DNA of 64,000 bases from an uncultured Methanoregulaceae archaeon (GTDB taxonomy: Archaea > Halobacteriota > Methanomicrobia > Methanomicrobiales > Methanospirillaceae): the NCBI GenBank assembly GCA_963717525.1, contig OY970343.1, positions 2,016,001 to 2,080,000 on the forward strand, in the 5' to 3' direction. Shown here piece by piece: positions 32,141 to 42,367 of this stretch; within the stretch, counting starts at the first letter, position 1, and each line of letters starts with the position of its first letter. Below the pieces are notes generated by a model. It did not search any database, was not told the origin of the DNA, and worked only from the letters and a program-made list of their open reading frames with translations. Made by a program: the position numbers and the translations under genes.

Positions 32141-33106
32141 ATGATCGTACCTGAAACTGCAGACAAGATAAAGAGCATGGAAATCCGGGGGGCGGGAAGG
32201 ATTGCACGGGCGGTGGCCGAAGCCCTCCGGGATCATGCGCTTGCCCTGCCGGCCAGGGATCCCGGTGCGTTCCGGCAGGAGATGGAGCGTGCCGCCGCGA
32301 TGCTCCTTGCCACACGCCCCACGGCCGTTTCGCTGCCCAACGCCGTCCACATCGTCATGGCCGGCCTTGACCGTGCAACGACCGCAGAAGAGGCACGGGC
32401 CGGCGTTGCCCGGCGCGCCGACGAGTTCATCAGGTCATCGCAGCACGCGGTGGAGCAGATTGCGCAGTTCGGGGCAAGCCACATCCGCGACGGCGATACG
32501 ATCCTCACGCACTGCAACTCGGAGGCCGCGCTCGGGTGCATCATCGAGGCCCACCGGCAGGGAAAGGAGATCGAGGTCTTCGCAACCGAAGTGCGGCCGA
32601 GGAACCAGGGGCTCATTACGATAAGGACCTTAAACGAAGCGGGGATTAAAACACATTTTATCGTGGATTCTGCCGTCAGGTCCTTCATCCACGATATCGA
32701 TCTCGTGATCGTCGGCGCCGATGCAGTGACCGTGAACGGCGCAGTGGTCAACAAGATCGGGACAGCGCAGGTAGCCCATTCGGCCCGGGAGGCCCGGGTC
32801 AACATGATCGTGGCCGCGGAGACGTACAAGTTTGCGCCCCGCACGATCCTCGGGGAACTCGTCCGGATTGAAGAGCGGGCGGCGAGCGAGGTCCTTCCTG
32901 ACGAGATCGCCCGGACCCTTCCCTATGTCACCGTGAGAAACCCGGCCTTTGATGTTACACCCGCCGGGTATATCGACCTGATCGTGACCGAGAAAGGCGC
33001 AATCCCGCCGCAGATGGCCTATGTCATCATCCGTGATTACCTCGGGTGGGGGATTGATGAATTTCATCTGGCGTTCGGGCCGGCCACCCTCAACGGGGAG
33101 GAGTGA
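32141..33106 (+). CDS. Ribose-1,5-bisphosphate isomerase (eIF-2B alpha-like)
   Basis: MEIRGA, TRPTAVSL, LTHCNS, TEVRP, GADA...NKIGT, NPAFDVTP. Confidence 0.9.
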   Translation: MIVPETADKIKSMEIRGAGRIARAVAEALRDHALALPARDPGAFRQEMERAAAMLLATRPTAVSLPNAVHIVMAGLDRATTAEEARAGVARRADEFIRSSQHAVEQIAQFGASHIRDGDTILTHCNSEAALGCIIEAHRQGKEIEVFATEVRPRNQGLITIRTLNEAGIKTHFIVDSAVRSFIHDIDLVIVGADAVTVNGAVVNKIGTAQVAHSAREARVNMIVAAETYKFAPRTILGELVRIEERAASEVLPDEIARTLPYVTVRNPAFDVTPAGYIDLIVTEKGAIPPQMAYVIIRDYLGWGIDEFHLAFGPATLNGEE

Positions 33107-33247
33107 ACCCGGCCAGCCCCCGCCGCCGTGGTGGTGCGGGGCGATGCGTTTATTGACGAAAGAATCTCAGGAATGATCAACCGGCATACCGGGCGCATGT
33201 AGCACCCCCGCAAACGAGGATTGCGCCAGGATGCCAGAGGCAACACG

Positions 33248-34066
33248 ATGGAGATACCCTTTACCAAATTACACGGGAACGGCAACGATTTCGTCCTCAT
33301 TGATGAGTATGAAAAGCCTGTCATTCCCGACGACATGAAGGCGCAGTTCGCTGCCCTGTACTGCGACCGGAGGTTCGGCATCGGGGCGGATGGTATCCTG
33401 TACCTCTCAAAGTCTGCAACCAGCGCTATCAGGATGCGGATCTTCCAGCCGGACGAGAGCGAGGCCGGAATGTGCGGGAATGGCGTCCGGTGCCTCGCCA
33501 AGTACGCGTTCGATGTCGGGTACATAAAAGAGCATTTCACCGTGGAAACCATGGCCGGGCCGGTGGGGGTTTCGATCCGGTCCACGGACGAGGAGTTCAC
33601 CGCGACCATCAGCATGCCCACGCCGAAATTTGACCGGAAGGAGATCCCGGCCACCGGTGAGGGCGAATACCATGAGCGGATCGGGGAGTTCGAAGTTTAT
33701 GCGGCAAATACCGGTGTTCCCCATGCGGTTATCCTCGTTGATGCGGTCGACAGCGTGGATATCGGTGCATCCGCCCCGCCCATCCGGCACCATGCCTCAT
33801 TTCCTGACGGCGCAAATGTGAACTTCGTGGAAAAGACCGGCGCTGATTCCCTGAGGATAAGGACGTTCGAGCGTGGCGTAGAGGAAGAGACCCCCTCCTG
33901 CGGGACCGGTGCAACAGCGGCAGCGGCAGTCGTACGCCGGCTCGGCCAGATGGGCGATACGATCCGCGTCGAGACCCGGGGTGGCCCGCTCACAGTTTAC
34001 TTCGCGGAAGGCGTGAAGATGGAAGGCCCTGCGGTTACGGTCTATACCGGTTTTATCAGCTACTGA
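33248..34066 (+). CDS. dapF: Diaminopimelate epimerase
   Basis: KLHGNGNDF, MCGNG, NTGVPH, ERGV..ETPSCGTG. Confidence 0.95.
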   Translation: MEIPFTKLHGNGNDFVLIDEYEKPVIPDDMKAQFAALYCDRRFGIGADGILYLSKSATSAIRMRIFQPDESEAGMCGNGVRCLAKYAFDVGYIKEHFTVETMAGPVGVSIRSTDEEFTATISMPTPKFDRKEIPATGEGEYHERIGEFEVYAANTGVPHAVILVDAVDSVDIGASAPPIRHHASFPDGANVNFVEKTGADSLRIRTFERGVEEETPSCGTGATAAAAVVRRLGQMGDTIRVETRGGPLTVYFAEGVKMEGPAVTVYTGFISY

Positions 34067-34325
34067 ACTTTTTTTCAATTGCCGTTACCCGAAGCCTGCA
34101 CGGGTTGCCTGCCGAGCCACACAGGGAGATGCAGGATATTATAGCGCACGTTTCCGGCAGGACGCCGGAAGACCGGGGTCCCGGAATGTGCGGATCATCC
34201 GTTATTCCCGGACGCTTATGGTGGCAGGGACAGGAGCGATCGTGACCGGAGGGAATGGTCACCAGTACATTTCAGGGAACCGGTCCTGCATTCTGCCGGC
34301 GTCCTGGCTGTCCTGATGGTCTCGC

Positions 34326-36785
34326 TTATTTGCCGGCTTCCTTCAATTTTGTTATATCTTCGATAAGAGCGAGCGTTGAGACGATGCGGCCTTGCCGGTC
34401 CCTGAGCGGACTGACGGTCAACGCCCCCCAGATAACAGAACCATCCTTCCTGACATACCGCTTTTCCGTGCGGTACCGGGGTATTTCTCCGGCATAGAGT
34501 TTTCTGACCTCGGTCATATCGTGATCCAGGTGCTCAGGGTGGGTTATATCCGCAAACGATCTGGTCAGCAGTTCCTGATCCGTGTATCCCGTTATCTCAC
34601 AGAGCATCCGGTTCACCGAGATAAACCGGAAGTCACTGCCCACGATCGCCATACCCAGCGGCCCGTCCTCGAATATTCTCCGGAACCGCTCCTCGCTCTC
34701 CCGGAGTGCCTCTTCGGCATGTTTGCGTGCGGTAATATCACGGCCCTCAGCAATGAGGAGCAGGACTTTACCGTCGGCACCGAATACCGGTTTGATGGAG
34801 AAGTCGACCAGCATCGTGATGTTGCCGGCTCCCTGCAGTTCAGCCTCGTACCTGACAAAAGCCCCTGAAGCCGCTTCAGCGATGGCTTCCCGCAGCTTGC
34901 GCACCCGCGCGATGTCCCCCCTCCACCAAGAGGCTTCCCCGAAGGGGCGGTTGAGGATATCCTCCCTTTTTATGCCCGCAAATTCCAGTGCGGTACGGTT
35001 GGCGTCGATAATAGTGCCATCGGGGGTCATCATGCCGGTGAACTGGAAGGTGCTGTCAAAGACAGCGCGAAGTTTTTCCCCGCTCTCCCGGAGTGCTTCT
35101 TCGGCACGTTTTTGATCCGTAATATCCCGGATACTTCCCATGCTGGCCGGACCTCCCTGGTACTGGATAAGGCCTACATCGAGGGAGACAAAAACCCGGG
35201 TTGTCCCGTCGCGTTTCAGCAGTCTGCACTCATAGTTTTCCGGTACGGCCTCACCACGATGCCGGCGGTTGCCCCGTTCGAGGACCATATCACGGTCTTC
35301 CGGCGCGATGAAAGCTGCGAAATCGTGCATGATAAAATCCGCCGGTACGCCCCCAAGGATCCGGGCAAAGGCCGAGTTGACATACCGGATCAGCCGGCCC
35401 TGGATGATGAACACCCCGCTCTGGCTGTGCTCGACAAGGATCCGGTACTTCTCTTCCGAGAGGCGCAGCGCTTCCATCAGCTCCCTGCGCCGGGTGATAT
35501 CCCGGAACACCACCTGGACCGCAGGCTCGCCGTTATCGGAAAAACCGGTGGCGACGACCTCCACATTGATGGCTGTCCCGTCGAACCTTACAAATTTTTC
35601 TTCGGCCACCTCGACCGCCATCGGCTCGTTCCGGCTGGCCATCAGGGTCATCCGTTCCCGGACCATGTCCTGGTAATCCGGGTGGACGAAGTCGAAAAGG
35701 TTTCTCCCTATTAGTTCTGCAGGCGACGATGCACCGATAAGACCGGTCGCGGCCCGGTTCGCGAGGGTGACGATGCCATTTTTATGGACGACGACCGCAT
35801 CGAACGAACGCTGCAGGAGCCTCCGGTACCGCTCCTCACTGCTCCGCAATGTCTCTTCTGATTTTTTCCGCTCCGTGATATCACGGGAGACACCAAGGAC
35901 TGCCCGGACCGATCCGTCAGGGTTTTTCAGCGGTACAAGCATGTGGTCGAACCACCGCAGCTCCCCTTTCACCGGCATCGGGCCCTCGCTGTGGGATGAA
36001 ATGCCGGTAACAAAAACATTCTGCAGCATTCTTTCCTGCCGTTCTGCCATTTCGGGAGGGAAAAGGAGCGACCTGACACTTCCTTTCACGTTTCCGGGAG
36101 TTTTTCCGAGGATCTCCGCGGCAAAGCTGTTCACGTACTCGACCCGGTCGTCCTTGCCGATCATAAAGATCAGGTCGCTGGAAATCTCGGCGAGCATGCG
36201 GTACCGCTCTTCGCTCTCTCGCAGCAGCTCGCCAGCCTTCTTTGCGGCGGTGATATCCTCAAGGATGACCGAGACGCCTTTCTGCCCATGGTCAAGTGCC
36301 GTCGGGGCGATCCGGCAGGAGAAGGTAATCCCGCCTTTCACCGGGCCAAGCTCTCCCCGCCACTCGGCGCCGTCCAGTCCCTCTCTCATTCGGGCTAAAA
36401 ATCCGGCAAAAAGATCGTCAAATGCAGTAACCAGCGGCGAATACTCGATATTTTTCCCGACAAGGTCGCCTGCTAGGGTGGCAAGGAAACGCGCAAATGC
36501 ATCGTTGATAAAAACGATCCGGGTGCTGTTGTCCAGCTGCAGGATGAGCTCGGAGGAGATGGAGAGGACCGCGGAGACCGGGACGCGGTTTGCGAGTGCA
36601 TAGATCTTTGCCATGCCGAAGTGGCGCATCTCCACCTGCCCCGAAATGAGCAGTTTTTCGAGATATCTCCCGACAGTATTACGGTTTACATGGACCTCCC
36701 TGACGATATCGGTGATACTCAGGCCCTGCGGGTTCTTTTTGAGGACCTCCTTGATCTGTGCGGAGGTCTGCAGTCTCAATACCAT
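34326..36785 (-). CDS. wHTH plus six PAS/PAC domains, no kinase domain
   Basis: N-terminal HTH (GLSITDIVREVHVNRNTVGRYL) and six repeats each ending E/RDIT, linked by SEE(R/K)(Y/F)R-type helices. Confidence 0.85.
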   Translation of the reverse strand: MVLRLQTSAQIKEVLKKNPQGLSITDIVREVHVNRNTVGRYLEKLLISGQVEMRHFGMAKIYALANRVPVSAVLSISSELILQLDNSTRIVFINDAFARFLATLAGDLVGKNIEYSPLVTAFDDLFAGFLARMREGLDGAEWRGELGPVKGGITFSCRIAPTALDHGQKGVSVILEDITAAKKAGELLRESEERYRMLAEISSDLIFMIGKDDRVEYVNSFAAEILGKTPGNVKGSVRSLLFPPEMAERQERMLQNVFVTGISSHSEGPMPVKGELRWFDHMLVPLKNPDGSVRAVLGVSRDITERKKSEETLRSSEERYRRLLQRSFDAVVVHKNGIVTLANRAATGLIGASSPAELIGRNLFDFVHPDYQDMVRERMTLMASRNEPMAVEVAEEKFVRFDGTAINVEVVATGFSDNGEPAVQVVFRDITRRRELMEALRLSEEKYRILVEHSQSGVFIIQGRLIRYVNSAFARILGGVPADFIMHDFAAFIAPEDRDMVLERGNRRHRGEAVPENYECRLLKRDGTTRVFVSLDVGLIQYQGGPASMGSIRDITDQKRAEEALRESGEKLRAVFDSTFQFTGMMTPDGTIIDANRTALEFAGIKREDILNRPFGEASWWRGDIARVRKLREAIAEAASGAFVRYEAELQGAGNITMLVDFSIKPVFGADGKVLLLIAEGRDITARKHAEEALRESEERFRRIFEDGPLGMAIVGSDFRFISVNRMLCEITGYTDQELLTRSFADITHPEHLDHDMTEVRKLYAGEIPRYRTEKRYVRKDGSVIWGALTVSPLRDRQGRIVSTLALIEDITKLKEAGK

Positions 36786-36872
36786 TAATGGAATAATATC
36801 TGTATGGGGAGATATTAATAATCCAGCAGTTTTTGTTTTTGAAAAATGCCGTTACCGGAAGCAATCTGTTGA

Positions 36873-37550
36873 TTATTCCTTTGCTCGAACTCCGTCCTGC
36901 ACGATCTCGAAATCAAATGATGCGCCCTCGGGACGCGACCGGTGCTTGACAAGGGTTGCGCGCCGCCACCCGGGCGCTTCGAGCCGGTCCAGGCGGATGA
37001 TCGCCTTCGAGATATGTTCAAGGGAGGTTCCGCCCAGGCCGGCAAACGTGTTTCGCGTGGTGTCCATGTAGACCTGGTTGGTGACAAGGACTGCCGGCTC
37101 GTACCGTTTGGCGTACCCGAGGATCTGGAGCATCTGCCGGGTGAGCATCTGCATGGCGTCCCGGCCCTTCTCCAGGTCTGTCCGGTAGAGTGCGGTTGCA
37201 GAGTCCAGGACGACGAGACCGGGCTTGTGCTGCCGGAGGACCTTGTCCGCTTCCGTGATCATGCTGCCCTGCTGTTCGAAGTCCACGGGTTCAAAGAGGA
37301 AGAGCCGGTCCGCAATCGCCCCGGTGTCGCTGCCTGCGACCTGCCGGAACCGTTCGATCGAGAACCCTTCGGTGTCTATGAAGACGACCGATCCCCCGGC
37401 CCGAAGGCAGGAGACGGCCGCAACCATGCACAGCGTGCTCTTGCCGCTCGCCGGCCCGCCGTAGATCTGGGTGATGGTGCGCAGTTCGAGCCCCCCTCCC
37501 AGCAGCCGGTCAAGGGCCGCGTTCCCGCTGGTCAGCCGGTCAGCCTTCAT
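36873..37550 (-). CDS. radB: DNA repair and recombination protein RadB
   Basis: GGPASGKS, IDTEG, LDS, TNQV, KHR motif. Confidence 0.93.
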   Translation of the reverse strand: MKADRLTSGNAALDRLLGGGLELRTITQIYGGPASGKSTLCMVAAVSCLRAGGSVVFIDTEGFSIERFRQVAGSDTGAIADRLFLFEPVDFEQQGSMITEADKVLRQHKPGLVVLDSATALYRTDLEKGRDAMQMLTRQMLQILGYAKRYEPAVLVTNQVYMDTTRNTFAGLGGTSLEHISKAIIRLDRLEAPGWRRATLVKHRSRPEGASFDFEIVQDGVRAKE

Positions 37551-38767
37551 CGGCCACCCGGATTGTCCCGTTGCCGGCGCTTTCCGGCCTCCTTCTCCGC
37601 TGCGTTCTGTGCGGCGCGGAGCACCTCACGCACCGGCACACCAAGCTCTTCTGCGAGATCGCGTGCGGTATCGAACTCCGCCTTGCACGAGTATATGCTC
37701 CCGTCCATCCACCCGCATTTGACCGGCAGGCGTTTTTTATGCCCGCCGATTATCACATCGACCTCTGAGACGGTTCGCTCTGCGGTAAACCGGTGGATGG
37801 CGGGGATGCACCGGACCCCGAGCGTGCCCAGCTCGCGTGCCATGAGCCGGGCAAGGGAAGCGGCCGATGCCGGCGGCGCAATAACGGTGACAAGGTATCC
37901 CGGCCTGCCTTTCTTCATGAGGATCGGCGTCGCGCTTGCGTCCCGGGCCCCGGCAGCCATAAACTGTGCCAGCGCCTCGCCGATCACTTCCCCGCTCACA
38001 TCGTCCACGTTTGTCTCAAGGAGGTCGACGGTGTCCACCGGCATCGCAGCCGGGGCACCGGCTGTCTCCACCATCATCGCCCGGAGCACGTTCGGGGTAT
38101 GTGGCGGGTCTCGTGTCCCGGCCCCGTACCCCGCTGCGAGAATCGTGTACGCCCCGAGGCTCGCAGGCAACGTGGAGGTAAATTCGGCGAGCAGTGCAGC
38201 ACCGGTGGGCGTGCAGAGCTCGCCTTCGCCCTCCCCGGGGATGGTGACAAGCCCCGATCCTTCAAGGAGGGCTACCGTTGCGGGTGCCGGGATCGGGAAG
38301 CGCCCGTGCGAGCCGGTGGCGGTGCCTGACCCGAGTGCCAGGGGCAGTACCGCTACACCTTCCACCCCAAGCGAGAAGAGTGCGGTGCAGGCGCCGATCA
38401 CGTCCGCAATCGCGTCATCTGCCCCGACTTCGTGGAAATGGACGTGCGCCCCGTGGACTTTCTCCTCTGCCGTGTTGAGCCGCACGAAGACCCGGTGAGC
38501 CATAGCAAGGGCGTCGGCCGGCACCTGCGGGGCTGCGGCATCCAGCCGTTTTTCCACGTCCGCAAGCGTCCGGTGTTCCGGGGTGGCATGGGTGTGTACT
38601 TTGATCGCCTGGATCCCGGCCCGGTCAACCGTTTCTACCGTCGGCTCGGCAACCACAGCCCCCATCGCGGCAACGACCCGCTCCCTGTCCGCCCCGCAGG
38701 CGAGCAGGGCAGCGGTGATCATATCCCCTGCTGCGCCGTGGAACGGGTCAAAAACAAGGACTCGCAT
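37547..38767 (-). CDS. larC: LarC family nickel-insertion protein (TIGR00299-like)
   Basis: GAAGDM, VHFHEVG, PAPAT, TPTGAA, ETNVDD, MKKGRPG. Confidence 0.9.
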   Translation of the reverse strand: MRVLVFDPFHGAAGDMITAALLACGADRERVVAAMGAVVAEPTVETVDRAGIQAIKVHTHATPEHRTLADVEKRLDAAAPQVPADALAMAHRVFVRLNTAEEKVHGAHVHFHEVGADDAIADVIGACTALFSLGVEGVAVLPLALGSGTATGSHGRFPIPAPATVALLEGSGLVTIPGEGEGELCTPTGAALLAEFTSTLPASLGAYTILAAGYGAGTRDPPHTPNVLRAMMVETAGAPAAMPVDTVDLLETNVDDVSGEVIGEALAQFMAAGARDASATPILMKKGRPGYLVTVIAPPASAASLARLMARELGTLGVRCIPAIHRFTAERTVSEVDVIIGGHKKRLPVKCGWMDGSIYSCKAEFDTARDLAEELGVPVREVLRAAQNAAEKEAGKRRQRDNPGGR

Positions 38768-38809
38768 TTACAGTACCTATAAATCCCTGCGTATATGACC
38801 TTTAAGGTA

Positions 38810-41433
38810 ATGCCTGAAGTGCAACTGAAGGTCGATTCCGCGTATCCCGGTGACCAGGGCGGGGGAAAAGCGAGACTCGACCCTGAAACCATGCTCCTTC
38901 TGAAGATTTCACCAGGGGATCTCGTGGTAATCGAAGGGAAGCGCCGTACCGTGGCAAAGGTCTGGAGGTCGCTTGTCGAAGACTGGAACCAGCGCAAGAT
39001 GCGGATCGACAATTTTACCCGGCTCAATGCCGGCGTGAGCATCGGGGATACCGTCAAGGTGTCGACGCTCTCCGAGGAGATCGAGGCAAAGCGTGTGGTG
39101 CTCGCCCCACCCGAGGACCTGCCAAAGAAGATCCCGATTGCCAACAACCCGCATGTCATCAACGGCCTTCTGGATTTCCCGGTCGTAAAGAACGACTCGA
39201 TCCCGATCATGCTGGGTCTGCCCTTTGTCCAACCGCAGATTGTCTCGTTCAAGGTTATCGAGATCGAGCCCGAGGAGGCCGTAATCATCACCAAGAACAC
39301 CTCGGTCGAGTTTTCGGACAAGCCGGCCGCGGGATTCGAAGGTGTGAAAAGGTTTTCGTACGAGGATATCGGGGGGCTGAAAGACGAGCTTCAGCGGCTC
39401 CGCGAGACAATCGAGCTCCCCCTCCGGCACCCGGAGCTCTTCCAGAAGCTTGGGATCGAGCCGCCCAAAGGTGTGCTGCTCTACGGCCCACCGGGGACGG
39501 GCAAGACGCTTATCGCAAAAGCGGTAGCAAACGAAAGCGGTGCGCACTTCATCCCGATCGCCGGCCCCGAGGTCATCTCGAAATATTACGGCGAGAGCGA
39601 GCAACGTCTCCGCGAAGTCTTCGAGGAGGCACGGGAGAACGCGCCCTCGATCATCTTCATCGATGAACTGGACTCGATTGCGCCCCGGCGCGAGGAAGTG
39701 ACCGGGGAGGTCGAGCGTCGGGTCGTCGCCCAGCTCCTGACCATGATGGACGGCCTTGAGGAACGTGGGCAGGTCGTCGTGATCGGTGCCACGAACCGTG
39801 TCGATGCGATCGATGCTGCCCTGCGCCGGCCCGGCAGTTCGACCGGGAGATCGAGATTGGTGTACCCGGAGAGCCAGATCGGATCGATATCCTGAAGATC
39901 CACACACGCAATGTTCCTCTGGATATCGAGGGAATCCGTCTCAACCACGATACCTTGACTACGGATGAAAGAAGCTCCATCAACTCGTTCAAAAAGCAGA
40001 TCGAAGACCTAAAAAAACAGAACGCTCAGGTTCCCGCAGGAGACTATAATTCCCGAGAAAAAACAGAGGATATCGCGAAGAAGATCAATGACACGGAAGC
40101 ACAGCTGCAGGCAACCGAGGACGGGATCAGGAGACGTATTTTCATTGAGCCCTTTGCCCAGCAGACCCACGGGTTTGTCGGTGCTGACCTTGCGGCCCTT
40201 GCACGGGAGGCTGCAATCCGGGCCCTGCGCCGGTACCTTCCTGATCTCGATCTCGACAAAGAGGAGGTTGACCCGGAAACTCTCGACAAGCTCCGCGTGC
40301 TCGCAAGTGACTTCCGGAGCGCCCAGCGGGACGTGGGCCCGAGCGCGATGCGCGAGGTGATGCTCGAGGTTTCGCACGTGAAATGGGATGCGGTTGGCGG
40401 GCTTGACACGGCAAAAACCGAAGTCCGTGAAGCAGTTGAGTACCCCTTAACCCACCATGACCGGTTCGACGAACTCGGCATCGTGCCGCCCCGGGGAGTG
40501 TTACTGTACGGGCCTCCCGGTACGGGCAAGACGCTGATCGCAAAGGCCGTTGCAAGCGAGAGTGGTGCCAATTTCATCCCGGTACGGGGACCGCAGCTCC
40601 TTTCCAAGTGGGTGGGCGAGAGCGAACGGGCAGTGCGCGAGATCTTCAGGAAGGCCCGACAGGTATCGCCATCGATCATCTTCTTTGACGAGATCGATGC
40701 GCTTGCCCCGGCACGGGGGACATCGGGTGACTCCCATGTGATCGACAACGTGCTCAACCAGATCTTAACCGAGATGGATGGCCTTGAGGATCTCAAGGAT
40801 GTCGTGATCATGGGTGCGACCAACCGCCCGGATATCGTGGACCCGGCACTGCTCCGTGCCGGCCGGTTCGACCGGCTCGTCTACATTGGTGAACCTACTT
40901 TAGAAGATCGCAGGAAGATCATCGGCATCCACACGCAGTTCATGCCGCTTGAAGGCTCGGCGCTCGAAGAGATTGTCGGGTTGACCGAAGGGTATACCGA
41001 GGACACGCTTGGAGAGCTGGTCGAGAAACTGGGGAAAGACGCAAAAATTACTGTGGACATTGTAAAAGCGGCCATCGTGCCGGTGAAGGATACAGGTGCA
41101 GGGATCTCCAAAGGAGCACGGCGGCGAAGGCTGGTCGACTTAATGTGCGAGAAGAATCTAACGTTCGAAGACCCGGCCCGGAACAAGGACCTCGCAACCC
41201 TTGCCCAGATGACCGAGGGTTTCGTGGGGGCTGACCTCGAAGCGCTCTGCCGCGAGGCAGGGATGTTTGCCCTGCGGGAAGGTGCAGCGGTGGTGACCCC
41301 GCAGCACTTTGCAGACGCACAAAAGAAGGTCCACCCGACCATGAACGACAACCTGCGGGACTATTACGGCAAGATCCAGCAGCACTTCAAAGGTGGTCTT
41401 CCCACCAAGGTCCAGCCACCGGAGTATCAGTAA
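38810..41433 (+). CDS. cdc48: CDC48/VCP AAA+ ATPase (frameshift at ~39837)
   Basis: N domain and two AAA modules (GPPGTGKT twice, DELD/DEID). One missing G restores [13 protein letters not shown]. Confidence 0.93.
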
Positions 41434-41476
41434 TATTTTTGGGATTTTTCTTTTTTCAATCGACGTTTAATAATAC

Positions 41477-42367
41477 TTAACTACATTTTTGGCATTCAAC
41501 ATGAACATTAATCTGAGTGAGTCTCTTATTTTTTTGAAATTTTTCATCGAAACTTTTCTGTTTTTTATCAACATATTTATTGAAATCAGTTGTATCGGCG
41601 AGAGAAGTCATTTGATAATATAATTTAATATCCAATTTGGGCGATTGATCGTTGAAATTATTTTGGAATTTCAATTTATTTATTTCATAAATCCTCTCAT
41701 GTTTAGGGATGTATCTCCCCCATTCCTGAATCTCATCACAGATAATTAATAATGCTGAATAGGGATCTTTTACCAAATCAACTTGGTAATTATTTTTGTC
41801 ATGTAGGCAAATGGCAACAAAAGCGTGTATAGCATCAGGAGTCCATTTTCCACTAAAAATTTTGTTCAATCGACTCAATAGTATTTGAGCACTATCTCCT
41901 CCGTGAAGATCATGACGGTTTATATACCCGACATCGTGGTAAAATGCCGTTAGATACCATACAAAATAGAATTTATTCTCACTGTTTGTTACAGCATTAA
42001 TATAACGAGAAAATCCATTGCGATATAGCCAAAGACCTAAGCACCAAACATGAAATGAATGGCAAACATGATCGCGACGTTTTCTATTAGCATTCGCATT
42101 TGATTCAAACTCCCATAAATCTTCTAATAAATCTGGAAAATCTTTTTTATATAATTTCCCGAATTTTTTCATGAAGGTGATAATCGTCTCTTTAGTCTCT
42201 TTCGAACATTTTCCTGAAGATATTTTTTTCAGTTTTTCGCAATCTTCAATGGAAGGACCACCGGTAGAAAGAAATTTTAGCGATTTAATCACTGAAATTG
42301 CTTCATCAATGAACGGGTTCTCTTTGATTAGGAATACCCGATTTACATTTTGAGGATTTTCAATCAT
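41477..42367 (-). CDS. HD-domain metal-dependent phosphohydrolase, hypothetical
   Basis: RDH..HS, AFYHDVGY, HG, ICLHD, LLIICDEIQEW; ATG overlaps the hsdS stop; AT-rich. Confidence 0.7.
   Translation of the reverse strand: MIENPQNVNRVFLIKENPFIDEAISVIKSLKFLSTGGPSIEDCEKLKKISSGKCSKETKETIITFMKKFGKLYKKDFPDLLEDLWEFESNANANRKRRDHVCHSFHVWCLGLWLYRNGFSRYINAVTNSENKFYFVWYLTAFYHDVGYINRHDLHGGDSAQILLSRLNKIFSGKWTPDAIHAFVAICLHDKNNYQVDLVKDPYSALLIICDEIQEWGRYIPKHERIYEINKLKFQNNFNDQSPKLDIKLYYQMTSLADTTDFNKYVDKKQKSFDEKFQKNKRLTQINVHVECQKCS

Noticed and set aside
25954..38498. Long antisense ORFs (e.g. 25954-27555, 29252-30547, 36942-38498)
   Set aside because: Shadow frames of well-supported GC-rich genes on the opposite strand, with no recognisable motifs.
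38810..41433. Split cdc48 or an intein in cdc48
   Set aside because: One missing G restores the RRPGRFDREI motif, and the insertions lack Cys/Ser starts and His-Asn ends.
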